Positions 1 to 14,243 of a DNA stretch of 64,000 bases are shown here, piece after piece. The notes under the pieces were generated by a model. It was not told the origin of the DNA and searched no databases. It saw nothing but the letters and a program-made list of their open reading frames with translations. The position numbers were made by a program, and so were the translations under genes. Source of the DNA: Octopus sinensis (lineage: Eukaryota); the NCBI RefSeq assembly GCF_006345805.1, contig NC_042999.1, positions 115,382,001-115,446,000 of the forward strand, given 5' to 3'. The stretch's first letter is position 1. Every line of letters starts with the position of its first letter.

Positions 1-1254
1 TCATATTTTCTTTACTTAAATTATTTTGGTTAATTTGAGAAGGGAAAGCAGATTCTATGGGTTTTATATTCTTTAAAGTGTGTAGACAACCTTATTTGAA
101 TCCAGTGTCATCATGTTTTAATGAGAGTCATCTAGAGTTATCTTCCCTGTCACATTGTTAACAACTAGGTGCCGCTCGTTAGATAGATATAAAAAGATGC
201 ACACAGCCAAGTAACATCCTCTTCTCCTTTCCCACATAGCCTGCAGCTAACTATGTCTTCTACATCTGTTCCTGCTACAGGATATCCCCACGTTGAGTTG
301 AATTGTGTTAAATCCTCTATACCATTCATGGAAGGCAGCAAGACAAAAACGTTTCCTTATTCAACTTCCATTCTGCTCTATTGAATGTTAATATACAAGC
401 TGTGTATATTAGAATAAATAAATGTGGATTGGAATAAATACTCCATGTACATGAAGTCTTCGATAACTCATACAAGTTGTTCTTCCTCACTGGATTTATT
501 CCAACAGCTATCGAAGGATGACCGAACATTATATTAAATTAGTGGGCTAAAAGCTCGCTATAAGTGTTTCAGCTTTAAGGCTGCAGTCATGCTGGGGCAT
601 CACTGTTGTAGGATTAGCTATAATATGAACATTTCAAAAGGTTTTGCTTAATGTCTCCATCTCAACAATAGTAAGGCCCTGTTTCTCAGATTCCAGAACT
701 GTAGCAGTCTGAAATTCTCTCCTAACTCCTCCTTTGCCTTGTATTGTTAACAGGGAAGATCTCAAACTAAACATTAACTCATACATTTATCATTATTCCT
801 CAGTCAACAAGATGTTTACATTGTTAAGGCACCCCAGATTAACTAATACAAATAAAAGGTTTTGATGTAGTGAAATTTCTAATATTTAATGAAACCATTT
901 TTATTATCAATTCTGTTTAACATGAGACAATGTTACATTGTTCTTTATTAGAATAAGTTGGCATGTCCATCTGAATGCCATGTAAATGTAAACTGAGTAT
1001 TAATTAGCAAATTGTTTCATTAGATACTAAAAACTGCAAGTATACCCCATAACAAGAATCATATTGTCTTTAAAGTGAATTTCATAAAAGAAAAAGAAAA
1101 CCAAATGAAATACTTTACAAAGAAATACTTTTCTTTTCCTTTCAAGTTTTGTTCAATTTATGATTAGGCTGAGTTGTTTTCCTTTAAAGAAAATCATCTT
1201 TTAGTTTTTATAATTATAATTATATGAAATTTTGATTAAATAGAGAAACCTTAC

Positions 1255-1306
1255 CTTAAAAATAACATTTCCTCTCCAGCACATCTCCAAGAAATAATTG
1301 TAGCTC
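1255..1306 (-). CDS. Glucose-6-phosphate 1-epimerase-like, exon 2: (G)ATIISWRCAGEEMLFL(S); further exons lie left of the window
   Basis: ttacag| acceptor and |gtaagg donor, 52 nt, phase 1 to 2; completes the family motif HGATxxSWxxxGxExLFxS. Confidence 0.78.
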
Positions 1307-2461
1307 CTGTAACATGAAGAATGGAATAATAAATAATACATTGTTAATTTCTTTGCCTTTTCTTCAAAACAGCAAATTATTTTAATGTTTATTGTTCTGT
1401 GTTGGTACAGATTACATGAATTTGATAAGGAACATAAGGCTTCAATTCAGAGACTTAATACTAGTGGAAATTAAATTCAGCTTGATTACATAGAAATGCA
1501 GAGATATATTAAGTACAAAAACATGTGCATTAGGAACAGAGGCCTTATAGCTAAATTCCCTTTTATAATAATTAACACTGTTATACTTTAGAGAACTGGT
1601 GATATTTGTGCACAGTCATAGAAATAAAGACTTTCAAAAATTTCAATATAAAGTATTATTTAATTCAACTGAGTAATCACAACTGAAAACTGGAAACTGT
1701 TACTGTGCATAAAGGCTTGATGGTTTGTCATTTTTGTTTTAAGGGTGATGGAGTCAGTAGGAAAGGTAAAAAATTAACCTTGCTTTAGTTTTGTCTCTAA
1801 AATGTTTTATTGATTTTATTTTCCTAGGATTCACAAAATAGCTACAAGTAGATTCAACTAGTTATAATAACCTCTACAAAAATTGGCTTTTAGCCTAACC
1901 AAATTAATAATTAAAGACTAATTTCTAACTCTTTCATAAAATTACTATTATCAAAATAAAGGCCCTGAAATTACTAGCATCAATTTAATTTTAGCTTTCT
2001 TTTCTACTTATATTATTTTAATATTTATCAACCCTTAGAGAACAAAAGGCAAAGTTGATGTCTGAAGGATTTGAACAAATCTTGCTGAGGTTATTATGCC
2101 TTTCATTCCCTCAAGGTCAATAAATGAAGTACAGTCTAGTATTGAGTTAATTTTTCATCTCTCTTGTTCTCTTTAAGCCCCGGAAAGAAATGAGCTGTAT
2201 AAGCTTTAAACATACTCAAAATATACCATATTCCACAACAGTACTCCTATTAAGAGTAATGCCCTTCCACTGCTACTATTGTTGCTGCCACCACTAAAAT
2301 TCATATTTTATGAATATGTATATCAACTATTATTTCCAGAAAGATCTTGCTGAAAATCTTTAAGATGTAAATGCTAACATTAAAAGTGATATTTAACGAT
2401 ATTTTAAAGTTCTTGAAAAATTAATCCAATGAGAAATTTTTAATTATCAAGTTTTATAATA

Positions 2462-2591
2462 TAAGGTTGTCCCAAAAGTTCGTAAACATAAATGTCTTTA
2501 TTTTAAGGAATAATTTTTGTTGTTTTTGTTAATACTTTGCGAGTAAAAATTCAATTTTCGCAAGTGTTTACGAACTTTTGGGACAACCTAA
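2462..2591. mobile_element. 130-bp mariner-derived MITE (MADE-like)
   Basis: 25-bp perfect inverted repeat AGGTTGTCCCAAAAGTTCGTAAACA (2464-2488 / 2565-2589), TA on both flanks. Confidence 0.8.
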
Positions 2592-5170
2592 TATATGAAT
2601 ATAAAAACAATCACTTACAAGAAAAGATCATTGATTTCAAGTCAACAACCTCCAAAACCAAATAGCAACAATGTGGATCTATTTAGATCTTTTATTTATA
2701 ATTTCTATGAATGGCTCTGATTTCAGGTGAAGAGCTAATTTTTGTAATGCCATCAGCTTTTATATGATAAATCAAAAAGGACTTGCTATTGAAGATGAAT
2801 AGTTTCAGTGAGCAAATAATGTAATAATTACATTCCATTAAAGTGATCCTATTATTCTTGATTAAAGACTGAATGTCAACAACAAAGATTTCATTATGAG
2901 TGTATATGAATAATGAGTCATGGGATAAATAAAACTAAGCAAATAAAATATCTCTGAAAGTATAAACTACACAGAAGCAGTATAATGATTTGATTTTAAA
3001 CCTTGTTAATTAGCAGAAATGAAAAAGTAGTTATATACTAATTCTTCAGCATTTAAAAGTCCTACATCAACAAGAATGGCTATGTGCTTGTGAGGATCTC
3101 AATAGAAGGAAAAAAACACAGTAGAAAAAGTCAAACACTACTTACATTTGGAAAGCATTGTCACACCTCACCCCATCATATATATGAACAGCATGAAGTT
3201 ACAGCAAAATACTAGGCCCTACTATTACCAAGGACTTCTGTAGGCAAAAGCACATTCTTTACTTAGTTACGACAACTCCTCAGAGATCGGTTCTCTTTGG
3301 GATCAGAAAATACTTCATTCTCCAACAATTATTGACACTCTGCAAAACTCAGGTGAGGTTGCAATGGAGTATTATTCCTATATCTAAGACAGTGTAGTTA
3401 CTGCACATAAAGACATCTTAGACCATATCCAGAATAAGGTCACTTGATTGATTGGCATAAACCTACTCATAGACACACTTTAGTTTCTGATCCACAGACA
3501 TGCTGTTTCCTCTCTGCCTTTTCTATTGATACTTCTTGTGTACATTCATATATATGAAAGATCAAACAAAGAGTAATGCTCAATAAACTCAAGTATACTG
3601 TTTCATTAGAGTTCCTGTTTTTTGAATACTCAGAAAGAGTACTATTTCTGAAAATTGAAAATAAAATAAAAGACTATTTTATTTCTGAATTTGTTCAGCT
3701 TTGTTCTTTATTTGCTTCACTGTTACTACTCTTAAAGTATTGAGTACTTCATAACCATTGCTGTCTGCTTGCACATTGAACAAGTGTGTTTGTGTATCTT
3801 CAATGTATATTCACAAAAGTTGTGAATATTAGCCAGAAAACCAATAAACCAATACTTTTCAATGAAAATACGGAGTGGTATCTGTTCTGCCCATGTTGCA
3901 CCAAAGTTCTTTTGTCAATCCTGTTATCATAAACACATTGAACAAGTGACTAGTCTATTGGAAACCAGCAGCTAGTGATGGAAATAAAATAACAGTTTCG
4001 AATTTGTTAAGTGAGAAATAACATGTAAGTTATTTAAATAGTTACTTTGAATATACATGCACATGATGCAGAATCAGTATAGCTTAGTAATACAAGAGTT
4101 ACAAACTGAGGTTCAGTAAGCCAACAAGAAACCTCTATGTTGCTGCTTAACCTATGAGAAACAGCAGCAAAAACTACCTCAACTTATAGTCTATCATCTT
4201 AAAAAAGGAAGGACACATTCAACATATAATGTAGTTGATATAAAAAAAAAATGGGAATGATCAATGCTATATTTGAGCTGACCTGGTGCTAAAATCACTC
4301 AAGTTCATTCCTACAACTGTAATTATTTTGTGTCCTTTTGAAAGCTACTTGATTTTATTTGGTACAGTAATGAAGTGAAAATAAGTATAATGTCTATAAA
4401 GAATAAATCTATACTAGATTAACACCTCAAGAAAAAGAAGCATTGTTTCCTCATATATTACCTATATGGTTAATTTTTCTAAAAAAACAAGATAATGAGT
4501 TAAGAACTTTAGAGTGTTCAGAACAACTTATCAAGGGGAGAGAATGTTATTATTGTACTCCTCATCCCCTCATCTGATGCAGAGGGGAGGTTAGACAAAC
4601 ATGCCTGCCTCTCCTTGAGATCATTCATAATGAGAATTTAGAGTTATTTTTCTTCCCAAGGGCAATATCCAGTGTTTAGGAACAGAAGGAGAAGAAGGAA
4701 GAATAAAATGATGAAGAAAGATTAGATGAAGGAGAACAAAAAGGAGGAGAAGGAAGGAGAAGAAAAAGATAATTACTGGTCATTAATTATCATATGACAC
4801 TTATATATTAAAACTTATTCCAAGCTTCTTGCTAAACTTAATTAATACATTCAACAAATGTTGTTTCTACACCTTTTAAGAGGAAGAAACTAAAAAAAGT
4901 AAAATAGATGGACAAATAAAAATAATTGTTTGTAGAAAGGTAGAATATCAACATCATTAGTACTGAGTTCGATATTATTAGCAGTGACTACATATTCTGC
5001 CTTAATAGTGATAACCAGAAGAATACAAAGAGCCAAGTGTCTATTGCACTTGCTAGTATACAGACACACACACACGTATAGAATCATAGCTGCAACTTGA
5101 ATGCAAGAGAAAAAGGGTTGACTAGATAATTGTACTGATCAATTATTTCATGCTACTATCTTTATAAATG

Positions 5171-5210
<40 letters not shown>

Positions 5211-5405
5211 TTATCAAACAAGGATGATTTCTACAGAGCCAAATCTGCCTCAAGTCCCGCTCTACTGTCTAATGTATATACATATGATATGAGTCAATGA
5301 GGGAGAGTTCTACAAATTAGCTAAACACTATAGAGCAGGCATACTACTCTCAAGCTATACCCATTGTCTGCTTTGATATTTCTAAATAATAATAATAATA
5401 ATAAT

Positions 5406-5492
5406 GATATGAAGTCACAGAGAACTGGTTTGAGCATGTACCAAGTAAAGTTATGCAAGAGGATGGAAAAGTAACGATACTCTGGGACTATT
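5406..5492 (+). mobile_element. R4/Dong-like LINE fragment abutting (AAT)7
   Basis: YEVTENWFEHVPSKVMQEDGKVTILWDY resembles the WYEHxPxxVxE...ILWD motif; a related CRLCGKGEEDVT zinc-knuckle remnant lies on the minus strand at ~200-330. Confidence 0.55.
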
Positions 5493-5496
5493 AAAC

Positions 5497-5830
5497 AAGG
5501 GTGCATTAGGCACATCAAGTGCAATGTTGAACTTTGGGAAGCATGAAAAAATGCTTCTGGAAGTTATGGGCATTATGCTGTCTTTTGATTTCATATGCAT
5601 GTCCACCAGTGATAGAGATATTGAATTCAAAAAGATAGCCAAAGTTGTTGGAAAGATAGTGGTTAATCTTATAGGCTTCTACAAAGTCAGCTACTAGATG
5701 TTGAAATGTTAGTGTGTCAGCGTCCAGAGAGGCAATATGTCTGGTTGCACACCTCTGGACAGCTTCCAATAGATCAATATTCTGGACAAGATGGGAGTTA
5801 CAGACTGGAGATTCAAAAAAGTGTGGATGA
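5497..5830 (-). mobile_element. CR1/L2-type LINE 3' fragment (same family as 59890-60610)
   Basis: HIASLDADTL...TGGHAYEIKRQHNAHNFQKHFF. Confidence 0.72.
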
Positions 5831-8355
5831 ACCTAGCCACATATAACCTTAACTAGATAACTAGCGAGTGACTGACAAAGGTCTTATTAAGACTTCAGTA
5901 GTAGCCAGATCTGATAGAAAAGCAACCAAATCTCCATTAAATCATGTCTATTGACTTATATATAAGCAAACATGGACGACTTCTATGTGTATAGAGCTCA
6001 GGTGCACTATAATTCATCTGAAAAAGTTACAAGAGTAGACAAAGAACTGACATATAAATTATGTAAAGAAAGACAACAATGAAAGCTAGAAGGACAAGCA
6101 CAATTCACAGAATAAAACACAAAGATAGAGGAAAGTGAACATTAAAAGCGCCATGAAAATCAAGGGTACATTAGGTACAACAGGTGCATGATCAGCAAGA
6201 AATAGCAGCCGAATCATCTTCAAACCACCTTCAAGTCGCACCCTATTGTCATATGTATATGTATGAATTAATGAGGGTGCCTCTCTATGATACTTCAACC
6301 TACTAGAAATAGTTGTCAAATACCCTTAAAGTCACACCCTATTGGCTTACAATATATGAATCAAAAAGAGAGACCTCTAACTGAAGATGTAACTGATAGA
6401 ATAGCATTTTCTATCCCTAAAATATACTGTCTTATGTATTTATAAATATGCTCATATGAATCAACATAGAATCCTGAAATGATAGAAATAGCAAGCAACC
6501 AAATCTCCTTCAGATCATGTCCTTCTGTTTTATGTCACTTTGAGACAATAATCATGCATAACTAGTTACTTCTACAATTTAAAAAAATATATCTAAGTAA
6601 AGGTATAATAAGAAATACTTGAGGATAGCAAGTCTCACATATGAAACCATGGCACTACATGCAGGATGCAGTCTTAATTATACACTTGATTTATACATTC
6701 ATGCTTTTATTACAATATTAATTACAATTATGTTTTTTCCAGTTAAATATAGATTAAACTGGGGTTCATATATTTCATTTGGATTTAATGCATCTTAGGT
6801 TACATACAATGGTGAGATAATATTATTGAAATATTAAAAGCTATTGTGTTCAGTATTATGAAAATGTATACTGGAGATAACATTATATAAGGAGAAAAAA
6901 ATTTCCGTTATGTGATGTGCTTAGTTTTGAATATTATGTAACTAAACAATCATACAACTATTTTAAAGATAAATCAGGCTACAAGAAGGTTTAAAAATAT
7001 TTTTCAAAGTCCTACATAGAATAAAAAAAAATGATAATCACAACTACACCTAATATACACATACTGATTATTGATCACAATATTATATAAACTTATATTT
7101 ACATAATAGGGTTGGAACTTGGAAACTTTGAATTAGGAATAATATATAAAAGGGAACATTCTACTTTTGAACAAAGGAATATTGGATGACTGATAAAATG
7201 ATAGCATGATATGCTAACATCCTGCTGATTCTGGAGTGTAAATGAAAAGAAGTGTATTTTACAATGAATAATTGTAAGAGTAATATTAAGCAGAGTGTTC
7301 CATGAATTTCCTGAGTTAAGACTGGAGAAGAAATTCTTGAATGTAGTGAACTAGAATTATAAAAATCACATAAAAAAAGCGCTAATATATTTGTTTTGTT
7401 TGCATTTAAGAACTATAAGAGAATAAAAACTGCCAATGTGTTGGGTCATACCTGAAGCTATCAATTGTCTTTCGAAGGAATTAATGCTCAATAAACACTT
7501 ACTATCCAGATTAATTTACCTCCATTGTTGGCCTTACCAAATAATTTTAGAAAAGTTTTACTGTCTCATAGTTCACTGTGCAGATAATTATAGGCAATGT
7601 AAGAATAATAAGAATGGCTTATTGGGCAGAAGAGAATGGAACAGTATACTTGAGTAAGTACTGAAATCTGTCTTCACATCCATTCTCTTAATTTTTCCTT
7701 TCTAGCTTGATTTCAAACCAAGAGACTACTTCAGCTTTCAAGTTTTTAATTTCATATAATTTAATGATCTTTGCAATGTGTTTCATGAAATCTTCCTTTG
7801 TAAATTATAACATTTCTACTGGATGAAGTGAATAAGTAAATTCATTTTCAGCAGTAAATTAACTTTTCAGTGATAATATGATAAAATGTAAATATAGTAC
7901 ATAGACTGATCAATGAAAATATTCTTCTATAGCTGAGTAACCAAACTTGGAAAAGAATTCTATGAGCAACACTCTCTGACAAGGTTTAGCTCAATGTCCA
8001 GTTTAAGTTGATTTACTTTTGATATAGTTACTTGAATTGTTATACTTTTTTCTGTGTGGCTGTAAAATGCATTTAAGAGCTGTTGTAAATGATTGCACAC
8101 TTCAAGTTGTATAGCTAAAGAACTGGTGTTGCAGATTCCAGTCATGCTGAATAGATTGAAAATATCAAAAAACAAACAAGCTGCTCTACTTAAAGAAGGC
8201 TCCAACAGATGAGCTACTTGATACATCTTATCTGAAGCTGAAGTGGCCAATATATGTGAAATTAAAATTTTTTTAAAGTTAATGAAAAAACGTTTATACT
8301 TTTATATCTTTCAATTCAAGTGAATCATTTGTAATTAGTTAATTGGTTGGCTGTA

Positions 8356-9593
8356 CAGGGTGCATAAAGAATTTGAGGACATACCTTTTTTGTGTCATTG
8401 CTGCATTTTTTGTTAACTCTATATAATCCTTGTTTCAGAAAATAATAATGGTAGACCCTCAGCTTACTCAAGAAATGAAGAGGCATGCTGTTATCATGGC
8501 TATAAAGGCTGAACATAATGATTTTTAAAAGTCACCAGACCTTTTGTCTAGAATGTTTGTAAGGAATAAGAGACCGAAGATGGAAATGTATCATCAATAT
8601 CAAAGTGTAAAAAGCATTCTAAATTCTCTGAAATCATCAGAACACCTGAATTTATCCAGCAAGTTCTACAGACCATTGGTTACAATCCCAGAAAATCCAT
8701 GAGATTAATTACAAAAGATCTCCATATGTCAGAAGGAACAACCAGAAATGTTGTCCATGAAGACATCAGATACGTCTTATATGATGAGGAAAGGTCAATT
8801 TATGTTAGAAAAGCAAAAGAAAATTGATGCATCAGATCTAAAATACTCTTAAACAAACTGAAAATTCCAGCAGAAGAAAATTTGATTTGTTTTTTTTCAG
8901 GCAAGAAATATTTCGACCAAGAGCAAAAAGTTAACAGAAGAAATGACAGATGGTTATGTGTAGACCTTTCTGAAGTTCCAAGAGTTATGCATACAAAATT
9001 TCCTTCAACTGTCATGATGTTAAGAGTTGTCAGCAATGAAGGACATGTGATGCCTCCTTACTCCTTTCCCCAAGGCCTTAGAGTTAACTCTGCTGTCTAC
9101 ATTGAGGTCCCGGAAACAGTTGTTAAGCCCTGGATAGACAGTGTATGCAATGGAAGGCCATATGTATTTCAGCAAGACTCTGCACTATCACACAAGGCTC
9201 AAGTAATGCAGGAATGGATGGCTGAAAATTCTAATGATCATATAACTCCTAACATTTGACCTCCTAATTCCTCAGATCTCAATCCATTGAACTATTATGT
9301 GTGGAGTATTGTTGAGAGAGAGGTCAGTGAACACACCCACAGCACCAAAGATTCTTTGAAAGTCGCCATAGTCAGAGTAATGTCCAGAATGAACCAGGAC
9401 CACTTGATTTGAGCATGTAGATGGTTTAGAACTCATATAGAAGCAGCTGCTGAAGCTGAAGGTGGCTTTATTGAATAACTTTATGGAAAAGGTTTATTTT
9501 TACTTTCATAGCATTTTTTATAATAAGGTTGTCTTTTATTATATATGTTTTTTTATAAACATAAATCTGTCCTCAAATATCTTATGCACTCTG
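8356..9593 (+). mobile_element. Full-length but defective maT (DD37D) Tc1/mariner transposon
   Basis: TA-flanked TIRs CAG(G/A)GTGCATAA...TTTGAGGACA at both ends. Transposase NRRNDRW, YVFQQDSA, *PPNSSDLNPLNYYVW has 37 residues between the 2nd and 3rd catalytic positions; it carries stops and mutated Asp residues. Confidence 0.88.
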
Positions 9594-10121
9594 TACATAA
9601 ATTGACCTGACTTGGGAAGGTCAGGTCACATCAGTTCATGTACTGTAACTCAGCCTAAACTGTCACTAGTCTTAGCAGTTGCATAGCTGGCCACTGTTCG
9701 GAAAGGTTTGATGGGCCAAGCTTTTGCAGTCTGTATTCTTTGGCTCTTAAACCAATGTGATATTAGCTTATGCTAGGTAATTCCAGCAGAAGATTTGAAT
9801 GAGGTAGAGAACTAAAATTCCTGATACTCCTTAGGATCTTAATTGTAAAGTTCCAACTTCCAAAGTTTGATCCACTGGGACTGACCTATTTGTCTCCTCC
9901 CCACTGCAGCAGATGCCATGAATGCACCTTACACATTACTGGATATTTCCATGAATCAAGGAGCAACTGGATGCTATATCTAATATTAGACAGCAAAAAG
10001 ATAATAGTGTTATAAATTTTCTCTGAAGATAGAATTTTCATATAGCAATAAGGGTAAAAATATATCAGGGGAATTTGAAGTTACTCAATGTGCACAGGCA
10101 TTCACACATTCACACACGCAC

Positions 10122-10154
<33 letters not shown>

Positions 10155-10407
10155 TCAAACTTTCTGCTGATTTCCATATTATAATCCTGGATATAATACA
10201 GAAATCCTTGGTTGCATAGGCACTTAAAATCATTTCCCTTCCAGGTTAAAGAATTTGAAGTAGAGTCCTTAGATTTATAGCAAAACATGTTGAAGCAATT
10301 TTCATTCCTCAAGAACATAACACAGTATCTGAAGAATATAAAACAATGATTTATGAGTCTAGTCATTGCATACACATATACATCTATGTTCACACATTCA
10401 CAAATGC

Positions 10408-10443
<36 letters not shown>

Positions 10444-12049
10444 GGGGGAGAGTGAGAGAGAGAGTTTGTGTGCACATGTATATAAATTACTCTATCCTTT
10501 GATTGCACTGATGCAAGTTTAAATAGTAGGTAAAGTATATGGTTGCTATTATGATCAATAATGGCAGTGAAAGTGTAAATGAAATATACATTATGAAACC
10601 AGCCAAATACAGTCATGATCTAGGCATGAAATGATATGTGATGAAGCTCTGTCTATTTATAAATAAACTAGTCTACCATGAGATAATATTGTTCTGCTGG
10701 TTGAAAATAGTCAGTACTGTGGTGGTTTGATAGGTGACTATTAACAACAACTATAAAATAAATATATAATGAAGTGTTGAAATATTGAATATATTGAAAC
10801 ACTGTTCCTAATCTTGTATTTTTACCAACCTTTAAAACCTATTTATTCCACTACAAGGGATCTATCAAGAACCTTGAACAGTCTTACTACAATAGAATGG
10901 TGCTGACTACAGACACACACTGTTTGTCAAAACTTAAACATGATTTTTTAAAGGCAATTTATTATAAACAGAACCAGAGACATGGACTTACAATCTGCAA
11001 AATCATAAACAAATGTTAGATTGATGAACAAGTAACAAATGTCTGAATATATCATGGCAATCTCTACATTGTCAATGATTAAGTAGAAAATGTTTTTCCA
11101 TTTCACCCCACCGCCACACACACGTATCCAAACAAACAGTCAGCCATCTATCATTCATATGTATGTACACTGTTACAAATATGCTTTAAATTTGTCCTCA
11201 TCTTCCGATGGTTTTCATGAATTCCACTTTCTAATATGGACAGTATGCATGCATGTATGTGTGTGTGTGTATGAGTGTGTGTATCAATGTCAACTACTTT
11301 GTTACTAAAGTGTCAAAACGACCTCCAAAATATAATGTATGTGTTACAAAATGATTTCATCAGCACAAGTTACAATTTGATTCTGTTTATTCCCAATATG
11401 TCAGAGTGACTCTGTAACATAGGTGAATACATTAACCACTCTTGGCCATAGCATTTGGCAAGATGGCAAGATACATTAAATTTGTTCCTAGCAACATAAA
11501 TTTATGATAGAAAAAATAACTGAAAAGTCTAGCTGATTCTAACCCAAGCATTTGTTTGTGATTTTAATATGGTCTAGACTACATTTGTTAATGAGAAAAG
11601 TCAGTTTGTATGTTGAAGATATGATCTGTGTGTGTGTGTGTTAATCTTTTCATCTTTATATGCAGTAATAACTTGGTTACCATTCTTGATATTGTTTCTA
11701 AAAATGCAGTGTTAAGCAGGGTCATTTTAACACAGTATAAAGAGATAAGAGCTTCATAGACTATTTTTAACAGTGATATGAATGCAAATGAATGTAATTA
11801 ATATCAGCAAACAACTTGAATCCAGAGATTTGTTGTACCTTCCAAACATTTAACAACTTTAGATAAGGTCTCACAATGTGATGTAAAGTTAAGATGAAAT
11901 TAGAAAACAATTTTAATTGTGATCTAATGTAAAATTATTAAGCAATTTAACTTAATGAACTTCAATGAATATACAGACTTACTCACCATTAATTCAGCTG
12001 GAAAGAAATAGTGTGAAGCAGGACACAAGATGCTATATCTGGGATGATG

Positions 12050-12860
12050 CTCTATGCTATAGTTCTTCCTCAGACATTTGCTTCAGTATGAAGTCTGCCT
12101 TACTACTAAATAGTAAGGTTAAGAGATCATTTCCAACCATGAACCTATTATTGTTTTTTCTTTTCAGAAGACGAAAGTGTAAGATGGTATTATCCCTCCC
12201 ATCTCACATTTAATATAAGTTGAGGTGGGAGTAGTTGCTACACTTGATGATACTCTTAAGAACCCAGGAAAATTCCTTGACTGTTTGGGTGTCTGCATTT
12301 GCAAACGTCACTATTTGCAACTTCACCATATGGATGTGGTGAAAGTTATATCATTTGATTTCTCAAACCAGCCTCTGTTAGCTATGAATATTTCTGAACT
12401 ATCTTTTTCTTCTTGTAAGCATTTGAAATGCTTCATGCTTTTTCCATTCTGATAAGTCGGCTTAACAATATGTTGTATTGCATCTAATCATCCATCCATG
12501 AAACAAGCATATTTTCCATTTTCCCCCAAATTTACTCTTTGAATGAACCATCTTCTCTGTTAATAACAATGAGATTGCCATGGTAGAAAACTTTTTCGCA
12601 TTCACATTTTTCGTGATGGTTCTAATTGTTGATGTGGTACATTTAAAGGCTTATGCATATTTACCTGCCATTCACCAGCTTTCAATCACTGCAACACTTG
12701 CAATTTTACATTCAATATAATACACTTTCTCAACATCATAGCTGAAATATATTTAATCTTTGCTCATTCAGCTTTACATCCATTTTTCCATGCTGGCATA
12801 AGTTAAATAAAACTGTTGATAAACATTTTCTGTGGCTTAATGGTCTTTTTGTTGCTAGCT
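12050..12860 (-). mobile_element. Tigger/pogo transposase remnant
   Basis: Frameshifted minus-strand peptides KMENMLVSWMDD, FIANRGWFEK and NADTQTVKEF resemble the CENP-B-like HTH and linker of Tigger. Confidence 0.6.
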
Positions 12861-13847
12861 TTATCTGTTTTCTATGTATAGCATTTCTTTTCAATACACA
12901 GGTCATCACATAAAAGCTGAAACTATGGGACTTTGTTTACAGGAGAATGTAAATAAAGTCGTCTTTTTTCACTCAGAATGTGTTAATAAGGACACATGAA
13001 ATGATATTCTTCACAACTTATTTGGTTTGGTGTTTGGTTCTATTGCACAGTACCTTGGGCAAGTGTTGTCTACAATAACCCTGGGTAGACACCAATGTTT
13101 TGAGAGGGACTTGGTAGACAGAAACTACAGGAAGCCAGTTGTATGTGTCTGTGAATGTGCATGAATGCTTATATTCCCTGCTTGTCACTGCTAGAGTGAA
13201 GTAGTGCTTATGCTGACATCCTTTGTTGATATTATGGCCTGTCAATCTATGCTTTCAAATACCAGTAGTATAAAGAATTCGCTTACTTGAAAAACAGGTA
13301 AAAGTTGGTAACAAAGAGAGCATTTGGTTGTAAAATCTTATCTCAGATAACTCTATTTTTTCATGCTGGTATGAAAAAATAGATGTTAAGCAAACAAATG
13401 AATAAACAAAATATGATAGCCTTCTTCTTAGTTTCCTCTCACAAGGTACTGGTTGTCCAAAGGCTAAAGTGGAAGACACTAAGGCACCAAGAAAGAGGGC
13501 TGAACTCAGAACCATGCACAGAGAGAGAAAGAGAATGGGGGGGGGGGCATAAAATAAAAGTGTTAAATTAAACAGAAAGCTTGTAGACTACAAGAAAATA
13601 TCAATTGTGATGCCAAGGTCTCTAGCAGGTTAAAAGATGAATTTTTAAAGTAAACAATTAGAGCAGAGAGGAGTTTGAGTGGCAGCAGACACAAAAATAT
13701 TTCCAAAGAGATATTAATTAGGGGAAAAAGAGGAAGCCTAGACAAGCAATAAAAAAACAAAGAGAAGAAAGAGGAAGAGAAGAAACAGAGGAGAGAGAGA
13801 GAGAAGAAAGAGGAAGGAGGGAGAGAAAAATATATGAGAATGTTGTT

Positions 13848-14243
13848 TTGCAAATGACTTGTACATGCAAATGCTACCAGTCAAGAACTCCGCATAGTGG
13901 AAGCCAGCAAGCGTATGGGGTCATCAGGAGAGAATGTGAGCCGTTTTGGGGCCTACCTCTTGATGGCATCAATGGACATCGCCCCCACCACCCCATCACT
14001 GATGTGAGGCCTCACTTGCTAGATCAATTGGTTATTAAATACAGCTCAATATTCTTCTAACCATTGCTCATCATCTCTTTTTAACCAAATCCAGTGGCTA
14101 ACCTTTTCCACTGTAGTTTGGATATCAGTCATGGTGGTATTTACTTTACGATGAGTTAGGCCTAACGATAACAACAGTCGTTTATCTTCATGAGAAACCG
14201 TTAACTCGACTAAATTCACAACTTTCTTTCCTTCACACCACAT
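13848..14243 (-). mobile_element. Second HERO-like 3' end copy with an internal deletion
   Basis: ELTVSHED|KRLLLSLGLTHRKVNTTMTDIQTTVEKVSHWIWLKRDDEQWLEEY; 3' UTR homologous to 37273-37445. Confidence 0.75.

Noticed and set aside
326-529. 67-aa minus ORF as a further epimerase exon
   Set aside because: No GGIP/FPQFG motif in any frame; adjacent sequence is a LINE remnant (CRLCGK knuckle).
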